Assembly: GCF_036365525.1 (NCBI RefSeq)
Contig: NC_090376.1
Coordinates: forward strand, 38,187,075-38,251,074
Reading direction: 5' to 3'
Length of the DNA: 64,000 nt
Source of the DNA: Heterodontus francisci
Lineage: Eukaryota
Under the pieces are notes generated by a model. It did no database searches. It was not told where the DNA came from and worked only from the letters and a program-made list of their open reading frames with translations. The position numbers and the translations under genes are program-made. This document shows, piece after piece, positions 36,300 through 48,638 of the stretch (its first letter is position 1; each line of letters opens with the position of its first letter).

Positions 36300-38068
36300 T
36301 GCTTCTATAAATATGTGAAGAGAAAAAGATTAGTGAAGACAAATGTAGGTCCCTTACAATCAGAAACGGGGGAAATTATAATGGGGAACAAAGAAATGGC
36401 AGAACAATTAAACACGTACTTTGGTTCTGTCTTCACAAAGGAGGACACAAATAACCTCCCAGAAATGTTAGGGAACCAAGGGTCTAATGAGAGGGAGGAA
36501 CTGAAGGAAATCAGTATAAGTAAAAAAATAGTGCTAGGGAAATTAATGGGTAAAGGCTGACAGATCCCCAGGGCCTGTTAATCTACATCCCAGAGTACTA
36601 AAGGAAGTGGCCCTGGAAATAGTGGATGCATTGGTGGTCATCTTCCAAAATTCTATAGACTCTGGAGCAGTTCCTACAGATTGGAGGGCGACAAATGTAA
36701 CCCCACTATTTAAAAAAGGAGGGAGAAAAAACAGGGAATTACAGACCAGTTAGTCTTATATCAATAGTGGGGAAAATTATGAAGGATGTGATAGCAGAAC
36801 ACCTGGAAAGCATAAACGGGATTAGACAAAGTCAGCATGGGTTTACGAAAGGGAAATCATGCTTAAGAAATCTACTGGAGTTTTTTGAGGATGTAACTAG
36901 TAGAATAGATAAGGGAGATCCAGTGGATGTGGTGTATTTGGATTTTCAGAAGGCTTTTTATGAAGTCCTACATAAGAGGTTAGTGTGCAAAATTAAAACA
37001 CATGGGATTGGGGATAATACACAGAGAGTAGGAATAAACGGGTCTTTTTCTGGGTGGCAGACAGTGACTAGTGGGGTACTGCAGGGTTCAGTGCTAGGAC
37101 CCCAGCTATTCACAATATATATTGACTTGGGTGAGGGAACTAAATGTAACATTTCCAAGTTTGCAGATGACACAAAGCTTGGGGGGGAATGTGAGCTGTG
37201 AGGAGGATGCAAAGAGGCTCCAATGTGATTTGGACAAATTGGATAAGTGGGCAAATGCATGGCAGATGCAGTATAATGTGGATAAATGTGAGGTTATCCA
37301 CTTTGGTTGTAAAAACACAAAGGCAGATTATTATCTGAATGGTGATAGATTGGGAAAGGGGGAGGTGCAATGAGACCTGGGTGTCCTGTATACCGGTCGC
37401 TGAAAGCAAGCATTCAGGTGCAGCAAGCAGTTAGGAAAGCGAATGGTATTTTGGCCTTCATTGCAAGAGGATTTGAGTACAGGAGTAAGGATGTCTTACT
37501 GCAGTTATACAGGGCCTTGGTGAGACCACATCTGGCGTATTGTGTGCAGTTTTGGTCTCCTTATCTGAGGAAGGGTGTTCTTGCCATAGAGGGAGTGCAA
37601 AGAAGATTTACTAGGCTGATTTCTGTGATGGCAGGATTGATGTATGAGGAGAGACTGGGTCGATTAGGCCTATATTCCCTGGAATTTAAAAGAATGAGAG
37701 GGGATCTCATAGAAACATATAACATTCTAACAGGACTAGATAGGCTAGATGTAGGGAGGATGTTCCCGGAAGGCTGGGGAGTCTAGAACCAATGGTCACA
37801 GTCTCAGGATACGGAGTATGCCATTTAGAACCGAGATGAGGAGAAATTTCTTCACTCAGAGGGTGGTGAACCTGTGGAATTCTCTACTGCAGAAGGCAGT
37901 GGAGGCCAAGTTATTAAATATATTCAAGGAGATAGATATATTTCTTAATGCCAAAGGGATCAAGGGATATGGGGAGAAAATGGGAACAGGATACTGAATT
38001 AGATGATCAGCCATGATCTTTTTTGAATGACGGAGCAGGCCTGAAGAGCCAAATAGCCTACTCCTGTC
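36300..38068 (+). mobile_element. CR1 LINE (RT region to 3' UTR), disrupted
   Basis: ORFs 36315-36560, 36767-37201, 37122-37373 and 37370-37786 with [19 protein letters not shown]. Confidence 0.92.
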
Positions 38069-38315
38069 CTAAGTGCCTTCCCCCTTATTTTGAAAATGTG
38101 TCCCCTGGTTCTAGACTCCCCAACCCGGGGAAACATCTTAGCTGCATCGACCCTGTCTAACCCTTTAACTATTTTGTAGGTTTCAATGAGATCACCACTC
38201 ATTCTTCGAAACTCTGGAGAATACAGGCCCAGTTTCCCCAATCTCTCTTCATAGGACAGTCTCACCATCCCGGGAACAAGTCTGGTGAATCTTCTATGGC
38301 AATAATATCCTTCCT

Positions 38316-38911
38316 TTTTTTTATTCATTCATGGGATGTGGGCGTCGCTGGCTAGGCTTGCATTTATTGCCCATCCCTAATTGCCCTTTAGAAGGTGGTG
38401 GTGAGCTGCCTTTTTGAACTGCTGCAGCCCATGTGGGGTAGGTACACCCACAGTGCTTTTAGTAAGGGAGTTCCAGGATATCGACCCAGCGACAGTGAAG
38501 GAACGGCGATATAGTTCCAAGTCAGGATGGTGTGTGACTTAGAGGGAACTTGCAGGTGGTGGTGTTCCCATGCATTTGCTGCTCTTGTCCTTCTAGTTGG
38601 TAGAGGTCGCGGGTTTGGAAGGTGCTGTCGAAGGAGCCTTGGTGCATTGCTACAGTGCATCTTGTAGATGGTACACACTGCTGCCACTGTGCGTCGGTGG
38701 TGGAGGGAGTGAATGTTTGTGGATGGTGTGCCAATCAAGTGGGTTGCTTTGTCCTGGATGGTGTCGAGCTTCTTGAGTGTTGTTGGAGCTGCACCCATCC
38801 AGGCAAGTGGAGAGTATTCCATCACACTCCTGACTTGTGCCTTGTAGATGGAGGACAGGTTTTGGGGAGTCAGGAGGTGAGTTACTCGCCACGGGATTCC
38901 TAGCCTCTGAC
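38316..38911 (-). mobile_element. 5'-truncated CR1/Zenon-like LINE
   Basis: IYKAQVRSVMEYSPLAWMGAAPTTLKKLDTIQDK plus the family tail. The host CR1 rejoins as tatccttcct|aaggtaagggg. Confidence 0.9.
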
Positions 38912-39327
38912 CTAAGGTAAGGGGACCAAAACTGCACACAGTACTCCAAGTGCGGTCTAACCAAGGTTCTAGACAATCGAAGCGAGACTTCACTACTCCT
39001 GGAGTCAAATCCTCTTGCGATAAAGGCTAACATAATTGCTTGCTGCACCTGCATGTTAGCTTTCAGTGACTTATTGACAAGAACACCCAGCTCCCTTTGT
39101 ACATCTACACTTTCTAATCTCTTACCATTTAAGAAATACACTGCACATCTGTTCTTCCTACCAAAGTGGATAACCTCACATTTTTCCACATTCCATCAGC
39201 CATGTTCTTGCCCACTCACTAAGTCTGTCCAAATCCCCCTGAAGCCGCTTTGCATTTTCCTCACAACACACATTCCCACCTAGTTTTGTGTCATCTGCAA
39301 ACTTGGAAATACTACATTTGGTCACCA

Positions 39328-39349
39328 TATATATATATATATATATATA
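39328..39349. repeat. (TA)n microsatellite
   Basis: About 11 perfect units. Confidence 0.9.
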
Positions 39350-39465
39350 GTGAACAGCTGGGGCCCAAGCACTGATCCTTGCGGTACCCCACTAGTCATA
39401 GCCTGCCACTGCGAGAATGCCATTTATTCCTGCTCTCTGCCTGTTAACCAATCCATGCCAATATA

Positions 39466-39821
39466 TTTATTTTTTATTTATTTAGAGATACAGCACTGAA
39501 ACAGGCCCTTCGGCCCACCGAGTCTGTGCCGACCATCAACCACCCATTTATACTAATCCTATACTAATTCCATATTCCTACCACATCCCCATCTGTCCCT
39601 ATATTTCCCTGCCATCTACCTATACTAGGGGCAATTTATAATGGCCAATTTACCTATCAACCTGCAAGTCTTTGGCATGTGGGAGGAAACCGGAGCACCC
39701 GGAGGAAACCCACGCAGACACAGGGAGAACTTGCAAACTTCACACAGGCAGTACCCAGAATTGAACCCGGGTCCCTGGAGCTGTGAGGCTGCGTTGCTAA
39801 CCACTGCGCCACTGTGCCGCC
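39466..39821 (-). mobile_element. HE1-type V-SINE, full length
   Basis: Reverse complement: GGCGGCACAGTGGCGCAGTGG (A box)...GGTTCAATTC (B box), V-domain TCTCCCTGTGTCTGCGTGGGTTTCCTCCGGGTGCTCCGGTTTCCTCCCACA and a CR1-like tail. Confidence 0.9.
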
Positions 39822-40143
39822 CTCCTATCCCATGTACTTTAATTTTACTAACCAGTTTCCTGTGGGGGACTTTATCAAAAGCCTTCTGAAAATCCAAGTA
39901 TACCAAGTCCACCAACTCCCCTTTATCAATTCTGTTAGTAACATCCTCAAAAAACTCCAACAGGTTCGTCAAACATGATTTCCCATTCATAAATCCACGT
40001 TGACTATGCCCAATCAGATCATTATCATCCAAGTGTCCATTTATCACATCCTTTGGAATAGATTCTAGCATTTTCCCAATGACTGATGTAAGGCTAACAG
40101 GTTTGTAATTCCCTGTTTTCTCTCTCACTCCCTTCTTAAATAG

Positions 40144-42550
40144 AACATTACAGCGCAGTAGAGGCCCTTCGGCCCTCGATGTTGCGCCGACCTGTGAAAC
40201 CATCTGACCTACACTATTCCATTTTCATCCATATGTCTATCCAATGACCACTTAAATGCCCTTAAAGTTGGCGAATCTACTACTGCTGCAGGAAGGGCGT
40301 TCCACGCCCTTACTACTCTCTGAGTAAAGAAACTACCTCTCACATCTGTCCTATATCTATCACCCCTCAACTTGAAGCTATGTCCCCTCGTGTTTGCCAT
40401 CACCATCCGAGGAAAAAGACGCTCACTATCCACCCTATCTAACCCTCTGATTATCTTATATGTCTCTATTAAGTCACCTCTCCTCCTCCTTCTCTCCAAC
40501 AAAAACAACCTCAAGTCCCTCAGCCTTTCCTCGCAAGACCTTCCCTCCATACCAGGCAACATCCTAGTAAATCTCCTCTGCACCCTTTCCATAGTTTCCA
40601 CATCCTTCCTATAATGCGGTGACCAGAACTGCACGCAATACTCCAGGTGCGGTCTCACCAGAGTTTTGTACAGCTGCAGCATGACCTCGTGGCTCCGAAA
40701 CTCAATCCCCCTACTAATAAAAGCTAACACACCATATGCCTTCTTAACAGCCCTATTAACCTGGGTAGCAACTTTCAGGGATTTATGCACCTGGACACCA
40801 AGATCTCTCTGTTCATCTACACTACCAAGAATCTTCCCATTAGCCCAGTACTCTGCATTCCTGTTACTCCTTCCAAAGTGAATCACCTCACACTTTTCCG
40901 CATTAAACTCCATTTGCCATCTCTCAGCCCAGCTCTGCAGCCTATCTATGTCCCTCTGTACCCTACAACATCCTTCAGCACTATCCACAACTCCACCGAC
41001 CTTAGTGTCATCTGCAAATTTACTAACCCACCCTTCTACACCCTCTTCCAGGTCATTTATAAAAATGACAAACAGCAATGGCCCCAAAACAGATCCTTGC
41101 GGTACACCACTAGTAACTAAACTCCAGGATGAACATTTGCCATCAACCACCACCCTCTGTCTTCTTTCAGCTAGCCAATTTCTGATCCAAAGCTCTAAAT
41201 CACCATCAACCCCATACTTCCATATTTTCTGCAATAGCCTACCGTGGGGAACCTTATCAAACACCTTACTGAAATCCATATACACCACATCCACTGCTTT
41301 ACCCTCATCCACCTGTTTGGTCACCTTCTCGAAAAACTCAATAAGGTTTGTGAGGCACGACCTACCCGTCACAAAACCGTGCTGACTATCTCTAATGAAC
41401 TTATTCTTTTCAAGATGATTATAAATCCTGTCTCTTATAACCTTTTCCAACATTTTACCCACAACTGAAGTAAGGCTCACAGGTCTATAATTACCAGGGC
41501 TGTCTCTACTCCCCTTCTTGAACAAGGGGACAACATTTGCTATCCTCCAGTCTTCCGGCACTATTCCTGTCGACAATGACGACATAAAGATCAAGGACAA
41601 AGGCTCTGCAATCTCCTCCCTAGCTTCCCAGAGAATCCTAGGATAAATCCCATCTGGCCCAGGGGACTTATCTATTTTCACTCTTTCCAAAATTGATAAC
41701 ACCTCCTCCTTGTGAACCTCAATCCCATCTAGTCCAGTAGCCTGAATCTCAGTATTCTCCTCAACAACATTTTCTTTCTCTACTGTAAATACTGACGCAA
41801 AATATTCATTTAACACTTCCCCTATCTCCTCTGATTCCACACACAACTTCCCACTACAATCCTTGATTGGCCCTAATCTAACTCTAGTCATTCTTTTATT
41901 TCTGATATACCTATAGAAAGCCTTTGGGTTTTCTCTGATCCTATCCGCCAATGACTTCTCGTGTCCTCTCCTTGCTCTTCTTAGCTCTCCCTTTAGATCC
42001 TTCCTGGCTAGCTTGTGGCTCTCAAGCGCCCTAACTGAGCCTTCACGTCTCATTCTAACATAAGCCTTCTTCTTCCTCTTGACAAGCGCTTCAACTTCTT
42101 TAGTAAACCACGGCTCCCTCGCTCGACAACTTCCTCCCTGCCTCACAGGTACATACTTATCAAGGACACACAGTAGCTGCTCCTTGAATAAGCTCCACAT
42201 TTCGATTGTTCCCATCCCCTGCAGTTTCCTTCCCCATCCTACGCATCCTAAATCTTGCCTAATCGCATCATAATTTCCTTTCCCCCAGCTATAATTTTTG
42301 CCCTGCGGTATTTACCTGTCCCTGCCCATCGCTAAGGTAAACCTAACCGAATTGTGATCACTATCACCAAAGTGCTTACCTACATCTAAATCTAACACCT
42401 GGCCGGGTTCATTTCCCAGTACCAAATCCAATATGGCATCGCCCCTGGTTGGCCTGTCTACATACTGTGTCAGAAAACCTTCCTGCACACACTGGACAAA
42501 AACTGACCCATCTAAAGTACTCGAACCATAGTATTTCCAGTCGATATTTG
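40144..42550 (-). mobile_element. Young 5'-truncated CR1 LINE
   Basis: TSD AAATAG at 40138-40143 and 42551-42556; long open ORF2. Confidence 0.95.
40209..42215 (-). CDS. CR1 ORF2 reverse transcriptase, 668-aa uninterrupted segment (endonuclease truncated upstream)
   Basis: [42 protein letters not shown] through the natural C-terminus. Confidence 0.85.
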   Translation of the reverse strand: MGTIEMWSLFKEQLLCVLDKYVPVRQGGSCRAREPWFTKEVEALVKRKKKAYVRMRREGSVRALESHKLARKDLKGELRRARRGHEKSLADRIRENPKAFYRYIRNKRMTRVRLGPIKDCSGKLCVESEEIGEVLNEYFASVFTVEKENVVEENTEIQATGLDGIEVHKEEVLSILERVKIDKSPGPDGIYPRILWEAREEIAEPLSLIFMSSLSTGIVPEDWRIANVVPLFKKGSRDSPGNYRPVSLTSVVGKMLEKVIRDRIYNHLEKNKFIRDSQHGFVTGRSCLTNLIEFFEKVTKQVDEGKAVDVVYMDFSKVFDKVPHGRLLQKIWKYGVDGDLELWIRNWLAERRQRVVVDGKCSSWSLVTSGVPQGSVLGPLLFVIFINDLEEGVEGWVSKFADDTKVGGVVDSAEGCCRVQRDIDRLQSWAERWQMEFNAEKCEVIHFGRSNRNAEYWANGKILGSVDEQRDLGVQVHKSLKVATQVNRAVKKAYGVLAFISRGIEFRSHEVMLQLYKTLVRPHLEYCVQFWSPHYRKDVETMERVQRRFTRMLPGMEGRSCEERLRDLRLFLLERRRRRGDLIETYKIIRGLDRVDSERLFPRMVMANTRGHSFKLRGDRYRTDVRGSFFTQRVVRAWNALPAAVVDSPTLRAFKWSLDRHMDENGIV

Positions 42551-43831
42551 AAATAGTGGAGTGACATTTGCAACCTTCCAATCTGTAGGAACCACTCCAG
42601 AATCGATAGAATTTTGGAAGATGATCACCAATGCTTCCACTATCTCCATAGTTACCTCTTTCAACCCTTCTTACTAATACTAATTTCTTTCAATTCCCCT
42701 TTCCCCTAATACCTTGGATCTCTAATTCTGGCAGATTTCTTGTATCTTCCTCAGTGAAGACAGACCCAAAGTAATCGTTTAGCTTCTCTGCCATTTCTCT
42801 ATTCCCCATTATAAATTCTCCTGACTCTGCCTGTAACGAACGCACAATTGTCTTCGCCAAACGTTTCCTTTTTACGTACCTATAGCAGCTTTTACAGTCT
42901 ATTCTTATATTTTTTTGCTGGCTTACATTCATATTCTATTCTCCCTTTATCAGTTTCTTCGTCCTCTTTTGCTGTATTCTAAAATCCTCCCAATCCTCAG
43001 GTTTACTACTATTTCTGGCAACTTTATAGGCCTTTTCTTTTAATCTTATACAATTCTTAACTTCCTTTGTTATCCACGGTTGACTGCCTTTACTTTTGGG
43101 GTTTTTGTGCTGTGAAAGAATGTATAACTGCTGTAAACTGTGTAATATTTCTTTAAAGACCTATGTACTATTATACCTTTTAATGTATTTTCCCAATCCA
43201 CCTCAGCCAGTTGCCCCTCATACCTTCATAATTTCCTTTGTTCAAATTTAACACCCTGGCTTCAGATTGAACTCCCTCACTTTTAAACATAATGTAAAAT
43301 TCTACCATATTATGGTCACTCATCCCTAAAGGTTCTTTTACAACAAGTTTATGAATTAGCTCTTTCTCGTTACATAATATTAGATGTAAAATAGCAAGTT
43401 CTCTAGTTGGCTCCTCAACATACTGCTCGAGAAAACCATCCCTAACACACTCCAGAAACTCGTCCTCCAGAGCATTAGTGCTCATTAGGTTTACCAGGTC
43501 TATATGCAAATTTAAGTCACCCATGATTACTGTATTACCCCTGCTACATGCTTCTCTAATCTCCTCATTAATGCCAAGCCCCACACATGGGGCATGAAGG
43601 AATTGGAAGTACGTTTTTTTGGTTCATTGTTCATTGATATTTCTTTACGTGACTCTTAAGTTTGGGGTTCTTTCTGCTGGTTCAGCAGGGGTCACCTGAG
43701 TGTCAGTCACTCCTTGTCAGGCCACAGCAGTATTGAAACTTCATTGGGTGAAGGGGATGGGGTTGTGTGGGCCTGTCTTTACAGCAGATTTGTAATACCT
43801 GAACTAATTGCATCTCTGGAACACAGCATCA

Positions 43832-45090
43832 ATGGGAATTGTCCACTCTGGAGGTGGATCATCTAATGAGGAGGACAACTGGCCAGGGGAACCAGCAACG
43901 TGCTGGCACAGTGCAGCCTCATAATGGGGGAGGGGGAGAAGGTGACAGAGTGGCCCGGGTGCAACCACGTGTTAGGAAACGAGCCTACCCAGCAGGCAGG
44001 GTCTACTGCCCACGTTTCAGCATTCTACAAATGTCAGAGCGCCAGCGCCGAAGAAGACTGCGCCTGTCAAGGGATACTGTCACATCTCTGTGTGAGATGC
44101 TGGCAGTGGAGGTCGCTTCCAACTGCGTGGGTGGCCATCCAATGCCAGTCGCACTGAAGCTAACAGTTGCACTAAACCTCTATGCATGAGGCTCGTTCTA
44201 GGCTTTATCAGGAGACATGTGCGGAATCTCCCAAGCATCAGCGCATCACTGCATTAAGGTGGTGACTGATGCCATATTCAGGCATGCCAACCAGTTCATC
44301 AAGTTCAAGATGGATGCTGCCAGTCAGGCCGAGAGAGCCAGAGGTTTTAGCGCCATTGCTGGGTTCCCCTGGTCCAAGGCGTAATATACTGCACTTATGT
44401 GGCCATTAGAGCACTTACAGGTCAGTCAGGGGCCTTAATTAATCAAAAGGGGTTTCACTCAATGAATGTTCAAATCGTCTGTGACCACCATAAGGGTGTA
44501 TTGCAGGTGTGTGCTCGTTATCCTGGAAGCAGTCACGATGCATTAATTCTCTGGAACTCCCAGGTGCCAGCATTATTCAGCCCTCCTGAATGCCTACAAG
44601 GATGGATACTTGGCGACAGAGGTTATCTGCTGAAGACACGGCTGATGACACCGGTGAGGAACCCAAGGAATGATGCAGAGGAACGTTACAATGAGAGCCA
44701 TGTGACCACCATAGAACAGATGAATAGGTCTTCTCAAAATGAGATTTAGGTGGCTCGATCGTTTAGGTGGAGCCCTCCAGTACTCGCCATCAAAGGTATC
44801 TAGAATTATTGTCATCTGCTGCGCCTTACATAACCTGGTGATGGTGAAGGGAGAGGCCTTGGAGGATGATCTAATTCAGCGCGAGGCATCCTCAGACGAG
44901 GATGGCGATACAGATGAGGAAGAGGGCCACAGCCATCTGACCGGGGTGGGGTGGGGGAGGGCAGGTGGAAGGGAGCTGGAGGTTTGGGGGAGTTGAGTGC
45001 AAGGGAGACCCGGGAGGCTCTAATACTCGGGCGTTTCTCCTGAACAGAGACTCAGCAACCAGGCACTCACATGGCAGTCTGAGATGAGGC
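43832..45090 (+). pseudogene. Harbinger transposase (HARBI1-like DDE nuclease) with stops and frameshifts
   Basis: RRRLRLSR, KLTVALNLYA*GSF, KGFHSMNVQIVCD, ARYPGSSHD, WILGDRGY, KMRFRWLD, CCALHNL. Confidence 0.92.
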
Positions 45091-45383
45091 ATTAGCAGGA
45101 ACTGGAAGGGGAGAGGCACTCACCTTCAGGGCGAAATCTCAGCTGATACGGGCCACCTTTCCATCAAACACCACACAGCCCGAGTGTGTCACCTCTCAAA
45201 TTATCCTTCTCATGCAGATCAACCAGCTCGCCTACAACATTAGCATTGACTTATGACGTATGAAAATGCCAAGTGAAAAACTTAATAAATTTTAGTAGGT
45301 TTATACATCAAAGAAATATTTACAAATTGCACCAGTGACCCCGGAGAGCTGTTAATGTGATTTTTTGAAACGTTTGCGAGTGC

Positions 45384-47123
45384 TCACGTGTGTGGACGAT
45401 CAATCTCCGCCAGCCACAACAGAGGCAGGTGGCTGATCAGGCTGTCGCGTTGCTCTGGATGACTTTGCAGGCGCCTTCTGCATGCCTGAGGCCGTGTAGG
45501 CCGCGGCTTCTCAAGGTGACCCTGAGAACTCTCAGGAATACCCTCTGACACCTGGGGAGTATGAGTTTCTGAAGTAACTGGCAGAGGGGACAAGGAACTG
45601 CAGGATGCAGCAGGAGCGACCTGAGAGGAGCCCCCATATGAAATCTGATGCTGGCCCTGTGCCCTCTCGAGGCTCAATTGGTCCTCTCTGCTGACCTCAG
45701 AGGGATGAGCAGCTTTCAAATGTCACCTGAGCATCATAGACAGATCTCTAATGCTCTGGTCCGTGGAACTCACTCTCTCTGTGAGGTTATGCATGGCCTC
45801 CAGGATTGGGCCCTCCAGCGCAGCCACCAATCTGTCAGTGGAGGAAACCTGTTTGGCCGATGACAGGGACTGTGTGATACTCAAGGCCTGGATGGACATC
45901 TCAAAAGGCTGAGCCAGAGCATGCAATGTCTCTGGTAACTCCCCCAGATCTCCATGCACCGCATGCTGCACTTGCAGCATCTCCCACCGAATGGATGTCA
46001 GCAGAGGCTCGTCATGAGCATGTGGCTCAGCACTGGCCTGGCCTCCCACAGTCCTTTAATTGTCAGAGGCATCGGCCGGTACTGCCTCTAGCAACTGGTC
46101 TGGCACTTGTGTGGTGCTGGCACCAGGTTGTGACAAGCATGCCAACCAAGGTGACTGTCTCTGAGCTGGCACTTGGTGCAGGGCGAGGATGTGACGCTGC
46201 ACCCTCTGAGGTCCCTCCTCCTCCTCCTCAGAGGTGGATGGATGAGCCCCGGAGAAGCTTCCTGGCCGCTGCTGTGCTTCACCTGCAGGGAAAATCAGAA
46301 TGATCAGTTAAGATCAGCACTCCTGACTGGAGGACATGTTATAGACTGCATTGTGGGCCCATGTGTGTGAATTTAAGTTTGAGAGCATCCTTTAGTGCCT
46401 GAACCAATCGTCGCACCTGCCCCCTCCCCTCGACATTCTAGGGAACTCACCCTCTTGATCGGGTGCACCGGCCAAGCCATCAGCTACTGCGGATCCTCCA
46501 TCCTCTCCTGCTAGTGCCAATGCATCCTCCTCCAATCTGGTCAAAAAGGCAAGGTTGGCCACTCCGCCACTGGCCCGGGCCCTCTCACGGGCATTATGTG
46601 CCCTCTTCTCCTGTGAAGACACAAGGCAAATAGTTAAGACACATGACTTGAAAGTTCACCCACTTACCCCTTAGGCTGAATGCTGCATCTCAAACCAGTG
46701 CCAGTGACGTGCACGGATGGAACACATCTGGACCACTGTGCATCACAGATGTGCGCATTATACAGCCCAAGGCATGGCTGCAGCCAATCACTGAACATGG
46801 ATAGCTTCGACCTTGCAGCATCAGCACCCATTGACCCTCCCTTGTCAAATAAAACCTGCGGTGACTGCGGAATGCCCCTTACCCTGGCAGAGCACAGAAG
46901 GTCATTGACCCGCTTGCGGCACTGGAGTCGTGTCCTCCTCACTACTCCATGGCTGCTGACCTCCTTCACTACCTCCAGCCACACCTTCTTGCTGACCTGG
47001 GGAGGCCTCCTCCTTCTGTCTGATGGGAAGAGGACCTCCCGCCTTGCCTCAGCCGCCTAGAGGAGGACATGCAAGGAGTCCTCTGAGAAGTTTGGGGCCT
47101 TGCGGCTGCTTCTCCCTTCCATT
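45384..47123 (-). pseudogene. Harbinger Myb/SANT-like DNA-binding protein gene, spliced, disrupted
   Basis: Exon 1 KAPNFSEDSL...VLFPSDRRRRP...WLEVVKEVSS...QCRKRVNDLLCSAR then GTAAG (about 46882). Exon 2 EKRAHNARERARASGG...DQE then GTGAG (about 46450). Further exon(s) from about 46282. Confidence 0.82.
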
Positions 47124-47534
47124 GTCGTCAGCCAATTCTGGTGGGCTTCTGTTTCATTTACAGTTGTTGGATTGGTGGGCACTTTAAGTCCTCCTCCAGA
47201 CCTTTCACCCTCAGGCTGCAGTTTTTCCTTTGGTGATATGGAGTTGATCCTCCCATCGTCCTCCTTGCTGCAGGTAAGCCTCTCAGAGACACAGAGGTTG
47301 CTGAAAGCCCTTTTAAATGGCTTTCAGCAACCTCTTCTGGTTCTAGCCTCACCCCCGCTGATGCTCAGCTTCCCGTCCGCGCGCACCCTTTTCATTCAGA
47401 AATACACTGCGGAGCCGCTAATTGGCTGCTTCGCGCGCAATAGTGGCGGCACCTAAGCACGGAGCGGGAGTGAGTTCTGCACCCGCTTCCGCTTCCCTAA
47501 ACTCTGAGCCGCCGACAATGGCAAAATTCCGGCT

Positions 47535-48010
47535 ATAGAGTTATTACAGCACAAAAGGAGGCCAGTCAGCCCATCGACTCCATGCCGGCTTTCTGTAGAA
47601 CTCAAGAAGTCCCATTCCCCCATTCTATTTCCATAGCCACGCAAGTTTATTTTCATCAAGTGACCATCCAATTTCCTTTTAAAGTAGTTGATCATCTCTG
47701 TGTCCATGACCTTTGTTGGCAGTGAGTTCCTGGTCATTACAACTTGTTGTGTAAAAATAGTTCTTCCTCCCCTCCCCCATGCATCTGTTGCCCAAAATCT
47801 TAAATCTGTGTCCCCTAGTTCTTGTACAATCAGCTAAAGGGAACAGCTTTTCTTTGTTTACCTTCTCTAAACCTGTCATAATCTTGTATACCTCTATCAA
47901 ATCTCGTCTCAATCTCCTTTGCTCCAAGGAGAACACGACCAGCTTCTCCAACCCAACCTTGGAACTAAAATCCTCCATCCCTGGAACCATTCTGGTAAAT
48001 CTCCTCTCCA
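47535..48010 (-). mobile_element. CR1 3' end
   Basis: ERRFTRMVPGMEDFS...RRDLIEVYKIM...RTRGHRFK. Confidence 0.88.
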
Positions 48011-48083
48011 CAGAACAGTCCCTGCATTCCCTTTGTTCCATAGACTGATATTCAAGACTTCTTGTCAGACAGAGCTGCAGTTT

Positions 48084-48638
48084 AGAACAAAGAACAAAGA
48101 ACAGTACAGCACAGGAACAGGCCATTCGGCCCTCCAAGCCTGCACCGATCTTGATGCCTGCCGAAACTAACACCTTCTGCACTTCCGGGGCCCATATCCC
48201 TCTATTCCCTTCCTATTCATATATTTGTCAAGATGTCTCTTAAACGTCACTATCGTATCTGCTTCCACCACCTCCCCTGGCAGCAAGTTCCAGGCACTCA
48301 CCACCCTCTATGTAAAAAACTTGCCTCGCACATCCCCCCTAAACTTTGCCCCTCGCACCTTAAACATATGTCCCCTAGTAACTGACTCTTCCACCCTGGG
48401 AAAAAGCTTCTGACTATCCACTCTGTCCATGCCTCTCATAACTTTGTAAACCTCTATCATGTCGCCCCTCCACCTCCTTCGTTCCAGTGAAAACAATCCG
48501 AGTTTTTCCAACCTCTCCTCATAGCTAATGCGCTCCAGACCAGGCAACATCCTGGTAAACCTCCTCTGTACCCTCTCCAAAGCCTCCACGTCCTTCTGGT
48601 AGTGTGGCGACCAGAATTGCACGCAATATTCTAAGTGT
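48084..48638 (-). mobile_element. Young CR1 3' end, same subfamily as 59829-61583
   Basis: ORF 48308-48622; tail and UTR almost identical to 59829-60380. Confidence 0.92.

Larger units (their letters stand above)
36176..43585 (-). mobile_element. CR1 LINE split by four later insertions
   Basis: Collinear - strand pieces: 3' UTR 36176-36300, 38066-38315, 38912-39465, 39822-40143, 42551-43585 (GDLN...SDH endonuclease). Confidence 0.8.
35880..47534. mobile_element. Full-extent PIF/Harbinger transposon carrying a 7.4 kb pile of nested retroelements
   Basis: TIRs GGCTGGAGTTTT (35880) and AAAATTCCGGCT (47523-47534, 9/12 match), candidate TSD ATA; convergent nuclease and Myb/SANT genes. The link between the two ends is inferred. 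Confidence 0.7.

Noticed and set aside
39740-39821. tRNA gene
   Set aside because: It is the tRNA-derived head of a V-SINE, continuing into the V-domain and LINE-like tail.
43832-45090. Host HARBI1 gene
   Set aside because: In-frame stops, frameshifts, TIRs and a linked Myb/SANT gene indicate a decayed transposon, not the domesticated gene.
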